DNA from: Caldiserica bacterium UBA4822 | GTDB lineage: Bacteria; Caldisericota; Caldisericia; Cryosericales; Cryosericaceae | Assembly: GCA_002402295.1 (NCBI GenBank) | Contig: DHFO01000047.1 | Span: 15,327 to 79,326 of the forward strand | Direction: 5' to 3' | DNA length: 64,000 nt | In this document: in pieces, positions 40,304 to 49,734 of the stretch | How the letters are laid out: each line of letters starts with the position of its first letter | Numbering within the stretch: the stretch's first letter is position 1 | Translations under genes and position numbers: made by a program | The notes under the pieces: model-generated | Database searches by the model: none | What the model saw: only the letters and a program-made list of their open reading frames with translations | What the model was told of the DNA's origin: nothing

Positions 40304-41085
40304 AACCGCGCCTCCTTGTTGAGTTCCTGTCTCTCATGCGAGGGGACCTCTGTCAGGATTCCATCTGTCAGAGAGTAGTATAGGACTGTTTCACGCTCAG
40401 GCGGTGCAAGTTTGTTCTTGACAACCCGCAGTTGAACGGCAAAGCCTGCAGCCTCTCCCTCCTCCGTGAGAACCTGCTGTTGCGTTGCTCGCAGACGCAA
40501 GGATGCAAAGCTGCGCAGAGCATGTCCACCAATAGATGCAACCGAATCAGGAACAGCCATGAGATAGCTCCGGCTGAGAAACAGCATGACACAGTTGCTA
40601 TGTGCAACCAGCACAGTAAGCTTTCGCAGAGCTCGCCCGACCATTTCGGCGCGTGCCATGTTGGAAGGCAGGTTCTGTGACTGATGTGAGGGTTGCATTG
40701 CTAGTGCAGAGTCCATGACCAGAAGGTCAATGGGAACCCGCTCCAGAAGAATGGCGGCCATGTCAACAGCGTCTTCAGAGGTTTGTGGCTCAAGTAGCAG
40801 AATGTCATGTACGGATGGTCCGGGATTGAGCGGCAGTTTTGCCACGAGGGTGTGTTCGAGGTCTATCCAGACTGCCGTGAATCCCTGGGCTGCTGCAGTT
40901 AGACAACAGGTCAGTGCAAGAGCTGATTTTCCGGAGCTGGCTGTTCCGAACAATTCTGTAACTCGACCTCGTGGATAGCCGCCAATACCGGTCATGCGGT
41001 CTACTGCCGGTATGCCGCTGCCAATGACGGCCACAGGCGTGGCAGGCCGTCGGCGGTATGTATCTTCAGGTATATTCCTGATCAT
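40300..41085 (-). CDS. RecA paralog (ATPase core only; ImuA-like role)
   Basis: GIGGYPRGRVTELFGTASSGKS, IDLEH, VMDS, GGHAL and VVKNKLAPP motifs; lacks the RecA N- and C-terminal domains; start 41085 or 41124. Confidence 0.85.
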   Translation of the reverse strand: MIRNIPEDTYRRRPATPVAVIGSGIPAVDRMTGIGGYPRGRVTELFGTASSGKSALALTCCLTAAAQGFTAVWIDLEHTLVAKLPLNPGPSVHDILLLEPQTSEDAVDMAAILLERVPIDLLVMDSALAMQPSHQSQNLPSNMARAEMVGRALRKLTVLVAHSNCVMLFLSRSYLMAVPDSVASIGGHALRSFASLRLRATQQQVLTEEGEAAGFAVQLRVVKNKLAPPERETVLYYSLTDGILTEVPSHERQELNKEARL

Positions 41086-44000
41086 GGCAGGTCTTCTGAC
41101 TGCCGGGAACAAAGCGGAGACCATCCAGACGCTTTACGATAATACTTGGACTGCCTTCTTCATTCTGGAGTTCGCCATACAGTCGCATCATGCGATTCTG
41201 CTTGAGTGCTGCAGCATACTTGCGCTGTGCATCCTCGAACATGACTGCTTCCACCATCCCTTCCTCGTCTTCGAGGGTGAAGAAAAAGACCCGTTTGCCG
41301 GATTTGGTAGGTGGCGTCTGAACGCGGACCATGACGCCCTGTACCCATACGTTGGAACCGTGTGGCCACGTGTGCAGCTGTGTACTGCGCAGGACGGGTG
41401 CGTGCACCTGAGCTGGTGTCGGTGTGTCCGCCGTGCTTGTTGTGGCCAGGTCAAGCAAAATGGCCAGGCTGGCTGACACGGGATAGCCGATGCCTGCTAT
41501 CTCACCAAGAACGGCATGCAGTCGTGGATCCTGATCGTCTCCTGCAATGTTCCTGATTTCGCCCGGGTTCAACCCGAGGTCTGCAGCAACCGTCTCTGGT
41601 GTGCCAAGGTCATCGAATGCTCCAGCCAGAACAAGGTGCCATAGTACCCGACGGTTGACGTGTGTCCGGTTCCTGAAGTCGAGTGCTGATTCAAAGGGCC
41701 GTAACTCCCGGGCGGCTATGATGGAGTCGCCGTCTTTCGAGGACAACATACTGAACAGATTCAACCCAAGCTGAAGGTTCATTCCATGTGCAACAGTCTG
41801 GACCATGCTGCGTGTTATCAGTGGCTTTTCAATGGTGACATGGCAGCGGCGCGCTTCGTCCAGCAAGACAAACGGAGGATAGAAACCGACCGGCATAGCA
41901 TTAAGGAGCCCTGCGATATACTGAGCGGGCCAATGTGCTTTGAGGTACGCGGTACGGTAAGCAAGCAGACTGAATGAAGCAGCATGCCCCTTGTTGAACC
42001 CATAGCTGGCAAATCCTTTGAGTTGGTCGTAGACATGGTGGGCCGTTTCAGGATCTGTTCCCTTGGCGGCGGCGCGCTCCAGAAACAGCTTCTCAAATCG
42101 AGCCAGTTCGGCTTTGGGTGTGTGCTCTGTCATGGTGCGCCGAAGAATATCCGCTTCTGCAAGAGAGAGGTCCGCAACAGCATTGGCGACCTCAAGCACC
42201 TGTTCCTGAAAGATAATTACACCATAGGTTTCCTTGAGAATAGGTTCCAGGCGCGAGTCCTCGAATGTCACTGGCACCTTGCCGTTTCTTCTGGCCAGAT
42301 ATAACTTGTCCATGTTCATTGCCATGGGGCCCGGGCGGAACAGAGAAACATTGGCCATGATGTCGGCGTAACATGCAGGTTGAAGCTTGAGGAGCAAATT
42401 GCGCATGCCCGGCGACTCGAGTTGAAAGACACCCAGCGTTCGTGCTTCACGTAACAGCTGATACGTTGGATGGTCATCCATGGGAATCATTGAAAGACTG
42501 AGTTGCGAGCCCGTTTCTGCCCGGACCATCGTCGTTGCATCTACCACAGCGGACAATGTGCGCAAACCCAAAAGGTCCATTTTGACCAGGCCAAGGCGCT
42601 CAATATCATCCTTGTCATACTGCGTAATGAGAAATCCGGTTCCAGACGGCTCCAGAGGAACCAGAGTGGTAAGAGGAAAGGGGGCAATGACCAACCCTGC
42701 CAGGTGCGTAGACAACGTGCGGGGCAGTCCCATGATGCGTTCTGCGAGAGAGACCCAGCGCTTGATGCTTTTGTATGGAAAGCTGGCAAGCTCAGGCAGG
42801 CTGGCGATGACCTCAGAGATGCGGCGATGGCTGTACCATGGCAGAAGCCGGGTGGCATCATCAACCTCTTCTTTGCTGTATCCCAGCGCTTTGCCTACGT
42901 CGCGGAAAGCTCCTCGTATGTTGTACGTGTTGACATTTGCTACCCGGCAAACCCTGTCTTCCCCGTAAAGAGCAAACAGCTCGGATACGACCTCATTACG
43001 GCGCAGTGCGTCAAAATCGATATCAACGTCTGGCAGGCTCCTGCGCCCTTCATTCAGAAAACGCTCGAAGAGAAGATGCTCCCGGATAGGGTCGACCTGG
43101 GTTGCGTCAATGCAGTAGCAGACAACGGAATTAGTTCCTGAGCCACGCCCCGAGTATGCAACTCCCCTGCGGCGGGCTATCTCGACAATGTCGCGTATGA
43201 TGAGAAAGTACTCCTCCATGTGCATGCGCTGGATAGTGTCGAGTTCGTGCTCGATACGTTGCTGTACTGTCGGGGCAATGCTGCCATATTTCTCGTGTGC
43301 ACCTGCATAAACAATGTCGCTGAGGCTGCGCGTTGCTGTCAGGACAGAACTGGGCGTCTTGAATCCATCCAATGGCAACGTGACCTGGCATTCCTCGGCG
43401 ATGGCGCCACTGGCGGCAAGTGCTTCAGGCCAATCGCTGAACAATTCCTGCATATCGTCAGGACCCTTGAACCAGCTTTCCGCGTTAACATGCGGGTGCA
43501 TCCTGCTGCGGTCGTCCACCTGTTCCAGCAAGCCGATAGCAAGGAGCATCTCGCGTACTTCCGCATCAGCACGACGCAGATGAGTAACCCCGCCAGTGGC
43601 ACACGCAGGAACGTGGGTTTCATCAGAGAGTTGATGCAGGCGGTAGAGTAAGCGGAGCGAGTCGGGGAACATGGGATTCTGAACATCGAGGTACAGATTA
43701 CTTCCAAACAGTGTTTGCATGCGTTCCAGCAGGCAACGTGCCCTTTCCGGACGACGCGCTGACAACGATTGATACAGCGAGCTCTCGGGACTTCCATACA
43801 AAGCGGTCAGATGACCTGCAAGCGGGATCAACTGGTCAAACATCAATCCAGGGTGCGTACGACCATGTGCCTGCGCCTGTGTTACCAGGCGGCACAGATT
43901 GCTGTAACCCTCCAGATCGCGTGCCAGAACAACGATATGGTCATCCCCGCCGTCCTTGAGCAGGGTCAGCTCACAGCCAAAGACAGGGGTAATGCCAGCA

Positions 44001-44167
44001 GAACGCGCTGCGTGGTCAAAGCGGATGACACCCGCCAGTGTATTGCTGTCAGTGATAGCACAGGAGGTATACCCAAATTCAAGGTTGCGCTGGACAAGGT
44101 CCTCGATGTGGATGGGACTCTCGTGAAAACTGAAGCTGGTGTGGACGTGCAGATGAGCAAAGGGCAT
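41066..44167 (-). CDS. dnaE2: DNA polymerase III alpha subunit, error-prone DnaE2 type
   Basis: PHP domain (HLHVHT), GRGSG, LLFERFL, PDVDID, KMDLLG, FQLES, YGFNKGH, PVGFYPP motifs and an OB fold; 1033 aa, downstream of lexA. Confidence 0.88.
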   Translation of the reverse strand: MPFAHLHVHTSFSFHESPIHIEDLVQRNLEFGYTSCAITDSNTLAGVIRFDHAARSAGITPVFGCELTLLKDGGDDHIVVLARDLEGYSNLCRLVTQAQAHGRTHPGLMFDQLIPLAGHLTALYGSPESSLYQSLSARRPERARCLLERMQTLFGSNLYLDVQNPMFPDSLRLLYRLHQLSDETHVPACATGGVTHLRRADAEVREMLLAIGLLEQVDDRSRMHPHVNAESWFKGPDDMQELFSDWPEALAASGAIAEECQVTLPLDGFKTPSSVLTATRSLSDIVYAGAHEKYGSIAPTVQQRIEHELDTIQRMHMEEYFLIIRDIVEIARRRGVAYSGRGSGTNSVVCYCIDATQVDPIREHLLFERFLNEGRRSLPDVDIDFDALRRNEVVSELFALYGEDRVCRVANVNTYNIRGAFRDVGKALGYSKEEVDDATRLLPWYSHRRISEVIASLPELASFPYKSIKRWVSLAERIMGLPRTLSTHLAGLVIAPFPLTTLVPLEPSGTGFLITQYDKDDIERLGLVKMDLLGLRTLSAVVDATTMVRAETGSQLSLSMIPMDDHPTYQLLREARTLGVFQLESPGMRNLLLKLQPACYADIMANVSLFRPGPMAMNMDKLYLARRNGKVPVTFEDSRLEPILKETYGVIIFQEQVLEVANAVADLSLAEADILRRTMTEHTPKAELARFEKLFLERAAAKGTDPETAHHVYDQLKGFASYGFNKGHAASFSLLAYRTAYLKAHWPAQYIAGLLNAMPVGFYPPFVLLDEARRCHVTIEKPLITRSMVQTVAHGMNLQLGLNLFSMLSSKDGDSIIAARELRPFESALDFRNRTHVNRRVLWHLVLAGAFDDLGTPETVAADLGLNPGEIRNIAGDDQDPRLHAVLGEIAGIGYPVSASLAILLDLATTSTADTPTPAQVHAPVLRSTQLHTWPHGSNVWVQGVMVRVQTPPTKSGKRVFFFTLEDEEGMVEAVMFEDAQRKYAAALKQNRMMRLYGELQNEEGSPSIIVKRLDGLRFVPGSQKTCHDQEYT

Positions 44168-44191
44168 ACCAATCCACTCATGCCAGCCGTG

Positions 44192-44476
44192 TCAATCCAT
44201 GAGGCGGATCATGTACCAGTGACGGTGAACATTGTCTCTCGCAATTGTCGCTATCATCCGGTCCTCGCTGATAACGGTGTAGTAGGTGGTATCTTCTGTT
44301 TGCTCTGAGGTAAAACGGCCGCTGGCCCACATCTTGAGAACGCGGCTTACGTATTTGACTTCACCACGAAAAACGAATGCAGTGAGATGGCCATTCCGTT
44401 CTTCAACGTAGAGAAGTGACTGCTTGTCAGAAAGTGCTGGTACAGGAGGAAGCTCATGTGTGGAGTTCATGGACAC
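44192..44476 (-). CDS. Small DUF6504-like protein (resembles a stand-alone ImuB C-terminal domain)
   Basis: AFxFRG..V..V...W....YY.V......IARD....WYMIRLMD pattern; sits between lexA and dnaE2. Confidence 0.65.
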   Translation of the reverse strand: MSMNSTHELPPVPALSDKQSLLYVEERNGHLTAFVFRGEVKYVSRVLKMWASGRFTSEQTEDTTYYTVISEDRMIATIARDNVHRHWYMIRLMD

Positions 44477-44481
44477 TATCC

Positions 44482-45069
44482 TCAGGACAGGTGTTCGCGA
44501 ATGAGACCAACTACCTTGCCAATAATGCTGACCTCGTTGGTAACCGGGATCGGATGATATGCTGGATTTGCGGGCATGAGGAAAATGCCGTTCTTTGCCT
44601 GGTGCAGTTTTTTGACCGTTGCCTCATCCCCAAGCAATGCAACAACGATATCACCATTATCGGCGGTCTGCTGTTTATGAACGATGACAATATCCCCGGG
44701 TATGATGTGCTCATCAATCATGGAATCTCCCTTGACCTTGAGCCCGAAATAATCTGTAGTCGCTGGTGTTGGTGGAGTCACAAACATCCACTTCTCGATG
44801 TTCTCCTCGGCGAGAATGGGAGTTCCTGCCGCGACTGTGCCCAGCACCGGAATCATGAGTGAGGGCGTAGCCGGGGTACCCTTGATGAGGTCCGGCTGGG
44901 GGAGATACCCTTTTCGCTCAAGTGTTTTGACGTACGTGACAACCGAGTTAAGGGAATTGAAACCAAAATGCCGGCGTATATCTTCCAGGCTTGGACGGAA
45001 TCCCGTCTGGCGCGCACGCGCCTCGATGAAATCCAGTACTGCCCGTTGCTTACTGGTCAGTTCTTCCAC
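44482..45069 (-). CDS. lexA: SOS repressor LexA
   Basis: LTxKQ..PS.EDI..FGF.S winged HTH, VAAG cleavage site, GDSM serine and ATVKK lysine. Confidence 0.93.
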   Translation of the reverse strand: MEELTSKQRAVLDFIEARARQTGFRPSLEDIRRHFGFNSLNSVVTYVKTLERKGYLPQPDLIKGTPATPSLMIPVLGTVAAGTPILAEENIEKWMFVTPPTPATTDYFGLKVKGDSMIDEHIIPGDIVIVHKQQTADNGDIVVALLGDEATVKKLHQAKNGIFLMPANPAYHPIPVTNEVSIIGKVVGLIREHLS

Positions 45070-45082
45070 CGCTCATCTCCCA

Positions 45083-45122
45083 CAATAGTGTAGGTACTAC
45101 AGTTGTAGTGTATACACTATTG
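45083..45122. promoter_or_regulatory. Tandem palindromic operator upstream of lexA (candidate LexA boxes)
   Basis: TAGTGTAGGTACTA (45086-45099) and perfect TAGTGTATACACTA (45106-45119), 20 bp apart; the 40-bp region is itself an inverted repeat with 16 of 20 pairs matched. Confidence 0.7.
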
Positions 45123-46150
45123 AGAAAATGCAAGAGGGTAGAACGGATGACCGACAGGTTTCGAGAAGTAGTCTGCTTGATCAGGAAATAATAACCTCGT
45201 CTTTGATACAAAGCCAAGCCTCTCTTCGCACGCTGCAAGCAATTCAGCGAACACTGCCTCTGCCTGCTCTGGGTCAACTGGCAGAATCTGAAGAAGCCTG
45301 TCAATTTCCCTGGCACGTGCCTCAAGTAGCTGGATGAAGGCTTGGACTTCTGGCATGTGTCGAGCATGATCGCTGTCCACTGCAGTCGCCAACAGCCGGA
45401 AGGTCCAGAATGCGGAACCTGTATCGAGGCGGTTCGAGTCTGCAGTAGTATAAGGGCGCCATCTCTCAATTCAGTGACAGAAGATTCCTGTGTCGTTCAG
45501 ACCGAAATCGGCCGCATGGTCGTCTGGGCCACGTTTCTGTGAAAACTCCCTGGCAGTGCTGCCGCGTGCCGGGTATTGTGACCGTAGGGAGTGACGCAGC
45601 GGCAGACAGGTCATGATATCGCTGATGCTGGCACGATGCTGTGCAACACAGGAGAACGGCAGGTCATTGAGCGGAAATTCCTGGCCCGTGAGCAGGAAGA
45701 GACCGGTCTGCAATCAGGACGCCGTCATGTGCAGAGTGGGCCTGTTCGGCGATGAGCAGTGGAGGGAGGTGACCGATACCCTCTTGAATGAGCTCCGGCT
45801 GAAGTGCGCGTGTTCCTGAAGCGCTATCGCAGCAGATACTGACGCCTTCGCTGTTCAGAAAACTGTCGCCAAAGTCCTCTCCGGCCAACTCTGTCCAGTC
45901 ATATGTCGGATTTTCAACGGGGATAGGCACTACCAGCGGAGTGTGCGGTTCACGGTGCACGCAGGTCCCGTCTCTCAGCAATGTGGCAAACGGATGCTCG
46001 CCGGCGTTGACGATATGATGCGGGACCGCCAACCGGTGTGCGTCATCTTCGTTGTGACCTACAATAATGTGTTCAGATTCAGATGCACGCCTGCCGGCAA
46101 CAACAGTAGTACAGTCAAGTTCCTCGGGGAACCTGTCCTGCCGTGCCCAT
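45117..46150 (-). pseudogene. C69-family dipeptidase pseudogene with internal deletions
   Basis: Ordered fragments in different frames: CTTVVAGRRAS..VGHNEDD, GDSFLNSEGV, DLPFS, RPISV*TTQESS, SAFWTFRLLATAVD; the ATG at 46150 is out of frame with the nucleophile Cys. Confidence 0.75.
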
Positions 46151-47355
46151 CAGTTTGTGTCCAGTCTGGCTAGTGCACCGGCGATGCGATTGAGCCCTTC
46201 CTGCAGAGTTGTGCGTGGGCACGCGATGTTCATGCGTGCGAAACCTTCCCCACCGGGCCCGAACACGTAGCCTTCATCCAGGCCTACTTTGGCTTGTGCC
46301 CGAAGGAAATCCGAGAGCTGCGGTGTGCTCATGCCCAGTGCGCGGAAGTCCAGCCACACGAGATATGTCCCCTCAATAGGAGTGACCTTGACCTGGGGCA
46401 TGTGATCCCGAACGAATAACTGCACATAGGTGACGTTGCCTTCAATGTAGTGCAGCACCTGGGTGAGCCAATCATCGCCGTCCCGGAATGCCGCCTCGAG
46501 AGCGACGTAGCCAAAGGGCGAAATGTTTCCGGCGGATCCGCTGATGCGTCGTTGCATTGCTGCCCGAAGTCTGGGGTTGGGGACAATGATGAAACTTGTC
46601 GCCAGGCCTGCGAGGTTGAATGTTTTCGAGGGCGCCATGCAGGTAATACTGCCTTGTTCGAATTCGGGGCTCAAGGTAGCCAGAGGAACATGACGTGCTC
46701 CGTTCAACATGAGTTCGCAGTGGATCTCGTCAGAAACCACAATAGCGTCATGAGCCAGCGCAGTCTCGCCGACGGCACGCAGCTCGTCACGCGTCCACAC
46801 CCGTCCTACAGGGTTGTGCGGGTTGCTTAGGATGATCATCCTGATGCGCGACGGACCGTGGGACATGCCGGACACTGCAGGTTGGAAAAGGTTGTCCAGC
46901 CCTTGAATGTCCATCTCGTACTTTGCCCCATTCCACTGGAGCTGGTTGATTGCTACGTGGCATCCGTTTTCTCGTACGGCCGACCAGAATGGATAGTAGA
47001 CAGGACTCTGCAGAACAACTTCGTCCCCGGGGGATGTGAAGGAGCGTACCGCTGCATGAAGGGCAGGAACGACGCCAGGAGTAAACAGGAGCCAGTCGGG
47101 GTCCACCTTCCAATGGTAGTTTTTCCAGAGCCGCTCGGTAATGGCCTCGATTGTCGATAGTTGTGGACAGGAGTAGCCATAGCACTCATGCTGTGCGCGC
47201 CGGACCAGCGCCTCAGTAATGGGCCTCGCAATTGGAAAATCCATGTCGGCAATCCACATCGGGAGGACGCCCTCGCCGAACGTCTCGGTTGCCTGGTCCC
47301 ACTTGACGCTGCCTGTGTTGTGTCGTTCAATGCCTCGATCGAAGTCGTAATTCAT
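46150..47355 (-). CDS. MalY/PatB-family PLP enzyme (cystathionine beta-lyase-like)
   Basis: SVKWD, PMWIADMDF, NPHNPVGRVW, SDEIH and APSKTFN motifs. Confidence 0.93.
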   Translation of the reverse strand: MNYDFDRGIERHNTGSVKWDQATETFGEGVLPMWIADMDFPIARPITEALVRRAQHECYGYSCPQLSTIEAITERLWKNYHWKVDPDWLLFTPGVVPALHAAVRSFTSPGDEVVLQSPVYYPFWSAVRENGCHVAINQLQWNGAKYEMDIQGLDNLFQPAVSGMSHGPSRIRMIILSNPHNPVGRVWTRDELRAVGETALAHDAIVVSDEIHCELMLNGARHVPLATLSPEFEQGSITCMAPSKTFNLAGLATSFIIVPNPRLRAAMQRRISGSAGNISPFGYVALEAAFRDGDDWLTQVLHYIEGNVTYVQLFVRDHMPQVKVTPIEGTYLVWLDFRALGMSTPQLSDFLRAQAKVGLDEGYVFGPGGEGFARMNIACPRTTLQEGLNRIAGALARLDTN

Positions 47356-47426
47356 CTTCTCTCCTCGTCTTCTGCCATGTGGCGTGTGTCTTCTGTCAAC
47401 CGATCGACAGTATACCTGCCTTTCAG

Positions 47427-48005
47427 TTAACATGGCAGCACTCCTGCAATCCTGAACGCCACGAGGGTTGCCATGACCGCTATGCCTGCACCCACGCACA
47501 TTTGCGCTGGCGAGTGCTCCTTGATGCTGACCTTTGCCTTGCCAACCACCAGAAGAAGCAGAAACGTGAGTGCGCCCGGCCACCCGTAGAGGATGGTCAG
47601 TGCAGTTGCAGGCCCGGCAATACCTGCTCCGTGTCCTGAAGCCTTGTAATGCAGGAGGTTAACCAGACTCAGTCCAATGACGGTGAACAGGTAAGACAAC
47701 ATGAGCGCGAGATTCTGACGGGATGATCGAAAGAAGATGAGCATGACGACAGTGCCAATGACGTATCCTGCGATGCTCATGATAAAGCCAAGCTTCCGTT
47801 CTCCCGCATAGTCGCCGGGGTGACGGACCATGTAGAACCAGGCGCTCAAGGGAATGAAACCCAAGCAGAAGACTCCCGTGAGGCATGCACCAAGGTTCCT
47901 GTAGGCCGGACTGGCGGCATATACCAGGATAAACATCAGAATAGCGACAACCGGAGGGTCAAGCACAAATGTGACGAGACGCATGCAGCTCTTTTTGGTA
48001 AGCAT
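47427..48005 (-). CDS. Membrane protein with PAP2-like motif
   Basis: Several TM segments; KASGH and a later H..Q..G pattern. Confidence 0.55.
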   Translation of the reverse strand: MLTKKSCMRLVTFVLDPPVVAILMFILVYAASPAYRNLGACLTGVFCLGFIPLSAWFYMVRHPGDYAGERKLGFIMSIAGYVIGTVVMLIFFRSSRQNLALMLSYLFTVIGLSLVNLLHYKASGHGAGIAGPATALTILYGWPGALTFLLLLVVGKAKVSIKEHSPAQMCVGAGIAVMATLVAFRIAGVLPC

Positions 48006-48110
48006 CAGACGCTCCCATTGTTGTTGAGATGATGACTCAATTATAGACACGAACCGATGATGTGCCTCGGGGTGTCCGTTTCGCTGCCATGAAGGGTGAG
48101 CTGTCGCTCT

Positions 48111-48356
48111 TCAGTCCACGGTCGCAGGCCAAGTCAGCGCCACCGTTGCTGCATACCCAATGTCTGTCCTTATGACCGACGAGACCAGAAACGTATGGAA
48201 TGTAGCTGGTGCCATGGCTTGGAGCACAAGAAGGACCATGCCTGTTGCTGTCGAGATACCTGTCACGACAACACCCAGGTCGTAGAGGATGGCATCAGCT
48301 ACGTTATGGTGCCCATGGTGGAACGCTCTCAACAGCCCAGGCAAGCTGGTGAACAT
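48111..48356 (-). CDS. Small hydrophobic ORF or gene remnant
   Basis: GGAGG RBS before ATG 48356; hydrophobic; no family recognised. Confidence 0.25.
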   Translation of the reverse strand: MFTSLPGLLRAFHHGHHNVADAILYDLGVVVTGISTATGMVLLVLQAMAPATFHTFLVSSVIRTDIGYAATVALTWPATVD

Positions 48357-48446
48357 GGTCTGAAAACCTCCAACCGACCATCGGTAGTGCTGACGGCAGC
48401 GACTGCCAAGCCGTTACTGGCTGTTCGTCGCAAAAGATAGCATCGG

Positions 48447-48813
48447 GTGCATAGGCAATCAGATTCCTGGTATTTCAGGACGAAAGCATGGGAGCGGGGC
48501 GGGCGGTTCTACGAGGACCACGTTCCTATCAATCGATGGAAGGACAGGCTTGCCACGGTCGATGGGTTTACTGCTGTCTCCAAGAAGAGACTTGCAGGTG
48601 TGTCGGCAGACTCCCCACGTATGAACAATCGTCGAGACAACCGTCTTTACCCTCTGGAATCCACCAGCCATCTTCTGGGCAGTCTTCGTCATCGGTGGCC
48701 TGTGCAACCTTCCTTTCATCATGGTGCAACGCTACAACAGGCCACGACTTGAGGAACTCTTGGCAGAGGTCGAACACAGCAAGTGGGCCAGTTCTGTCAG
48801 CGCCTCTGCCTGA
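48447..48813 (+). pseudogene. CrtO-like (glycosyl-diaponeurosporenoate acyltransferase family) remnant
   Basis: WERGGRFYE..INRWKDRL in one frame, then LWNP..NLPFIMVQRYNRPRL in another; N-terminus and middle missing. Confidence 0.7.
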
Positions 48814-48986
48814 CCATTGCATGCTGCTCCGGGATGGAAGGCAGGCGGGTTCCTGGCCATTTGCCTGGGTAATACGTCTCTGACAGGTGCTTGCAAGAAG
48901 TGAGGCACTGATTTCTTGGTGGGTGCAGGCTAGACCATTGGCCTGGACAGAAGGAAGGAAAGTTCACAGGTCAGTGGAAGCAAGAG

Positions 48987-49062
48987 TGGTGGAGATAGGG
49001 AGGCTCGAACTCCCGACCTCCTGCATGCCATGCAGGCGCTCTCCCAGCTGAGCTATATCCCC
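48987..49062 (-). tRNA. tRNA-Ala(GGC)
   Basis: Reverse complement GGGGATATAGCTCAGCTGGGAGAGCGCCTGCATGGCATGCAGGAGGTCGGGAGTTCGAGCCTCCCTATCTCCACCA; 76-nt cloverleaf, G3:U70 pair, encoded CCA. Confidence 0.97.
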
Positions 49063-49085
49063 ACGTGAGGAAATTGTACGGAAAG

Positions 49086-49113
49086 AGTATAACGGGAAGA
49101 ATCCAGGTGTCAA
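49086..49113 (-). promoter_or_regulatory. sigma70 promoter of tRNA-Ala
   Basis: TTGACA-16bp-TATACT on the minus strand just upstream of the tRNA. Confidence 0.7.
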
Positions 49114-49190
49114 CCGCTGGTGAGCACTATGCACAGCGCCGCGGTGCGCTAGTATGACTCTTGGGTATGCTGTTGACCGGGAGGTAATCC

Positions 49191-49655
49191 ATGCGGGCTG
49201 TGGTACAGCGAGTAACCAGTGCGAGTGTCAGTGCGGAAGGGCGGGAGGTCGGCCGTATCGGCGGAGGGCTGCTGGTACTGCTGGGCGTTGCTTCAGATGA
49301 CGGCCAACAGGATGTTGCCTTCATGGTCCGCAAGCTTACCGGGCTTCGCGTCTTCGCTGACGGCGATGGGATGATGAATCGTTCCGTTATGGACACGGGT
49401 GGATCAATACTGGTGGTCAGTCAGTTCACCCTCTATGGCGATGTCACGCGCGGCAATAGGCCAAGTTTTACTCGTGCTGCAGGAGGCAGCGTTGCCGACA
49501 TATTGTATAAGGACCTCTGTTCTGGTTTGAGAAGGGCGGGCTGTGACGTGCAGACCGGAGTCTTTGGAGCTCATATGCTTGTCACGCTAGTGAACGATGG
49601 TCCGGTGACCATCATCATCGACAGCGGCGACCGAAGGTCACAGACCTCATCGTGA
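49191..49655 (+). CDS. dtd: D-aminoacyl-tRNA deacylase
   Basis: MRAVVQRV, SQFTL, RPSF, FGAHM and NDGPVT motifs. Confidence 0.97.
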   Translation: MRAVVQRVTSASVSAEGREVGRIGGGLLVLLGVASDDGQQDVAFMVRKLTGLRVFADGDGMMNRSVMDTGGSILVVSQFTLYGDVTRGNRPSFTRAAGGSVADILYKDLCSGLRRAGCDVQTGVFGAHMLVTLVNDGPVTIIIDSGDRRSQTSS

Positions 49656-49672
49656 TGTCCATTGGTTTATGA

Positions 49673-49704
49673 ACAGGGGCCGGAGTTCGCGCTCCGGCCC
49701 CTGT
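49673..49704. terminator. Hairpin between convergent dtd and gabT
   Basis: ACAGGGGCCGGAG-ttcgcg-CTCCGGCCCCTGT, perfect 13-bp stem; no strong U tract. Confidence 0.7.
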
Positions 49705-49734
49705 GGTCGATCCACCCCTCAGGAATGAAAGCTC

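Noticed and set aside
45499-45502. In-frame TGA in the C69 remnant as selenocysteine
   Set aside because: It lies in a multiply broken pseudogene and not at the catalytic Cys
38790-48987. Genomic island integrated at the tRNA-Ala 3' end
   Set aside because: No integrase and no duplicated tRNA 3' end found by eye; GC and codon shifts were not computed
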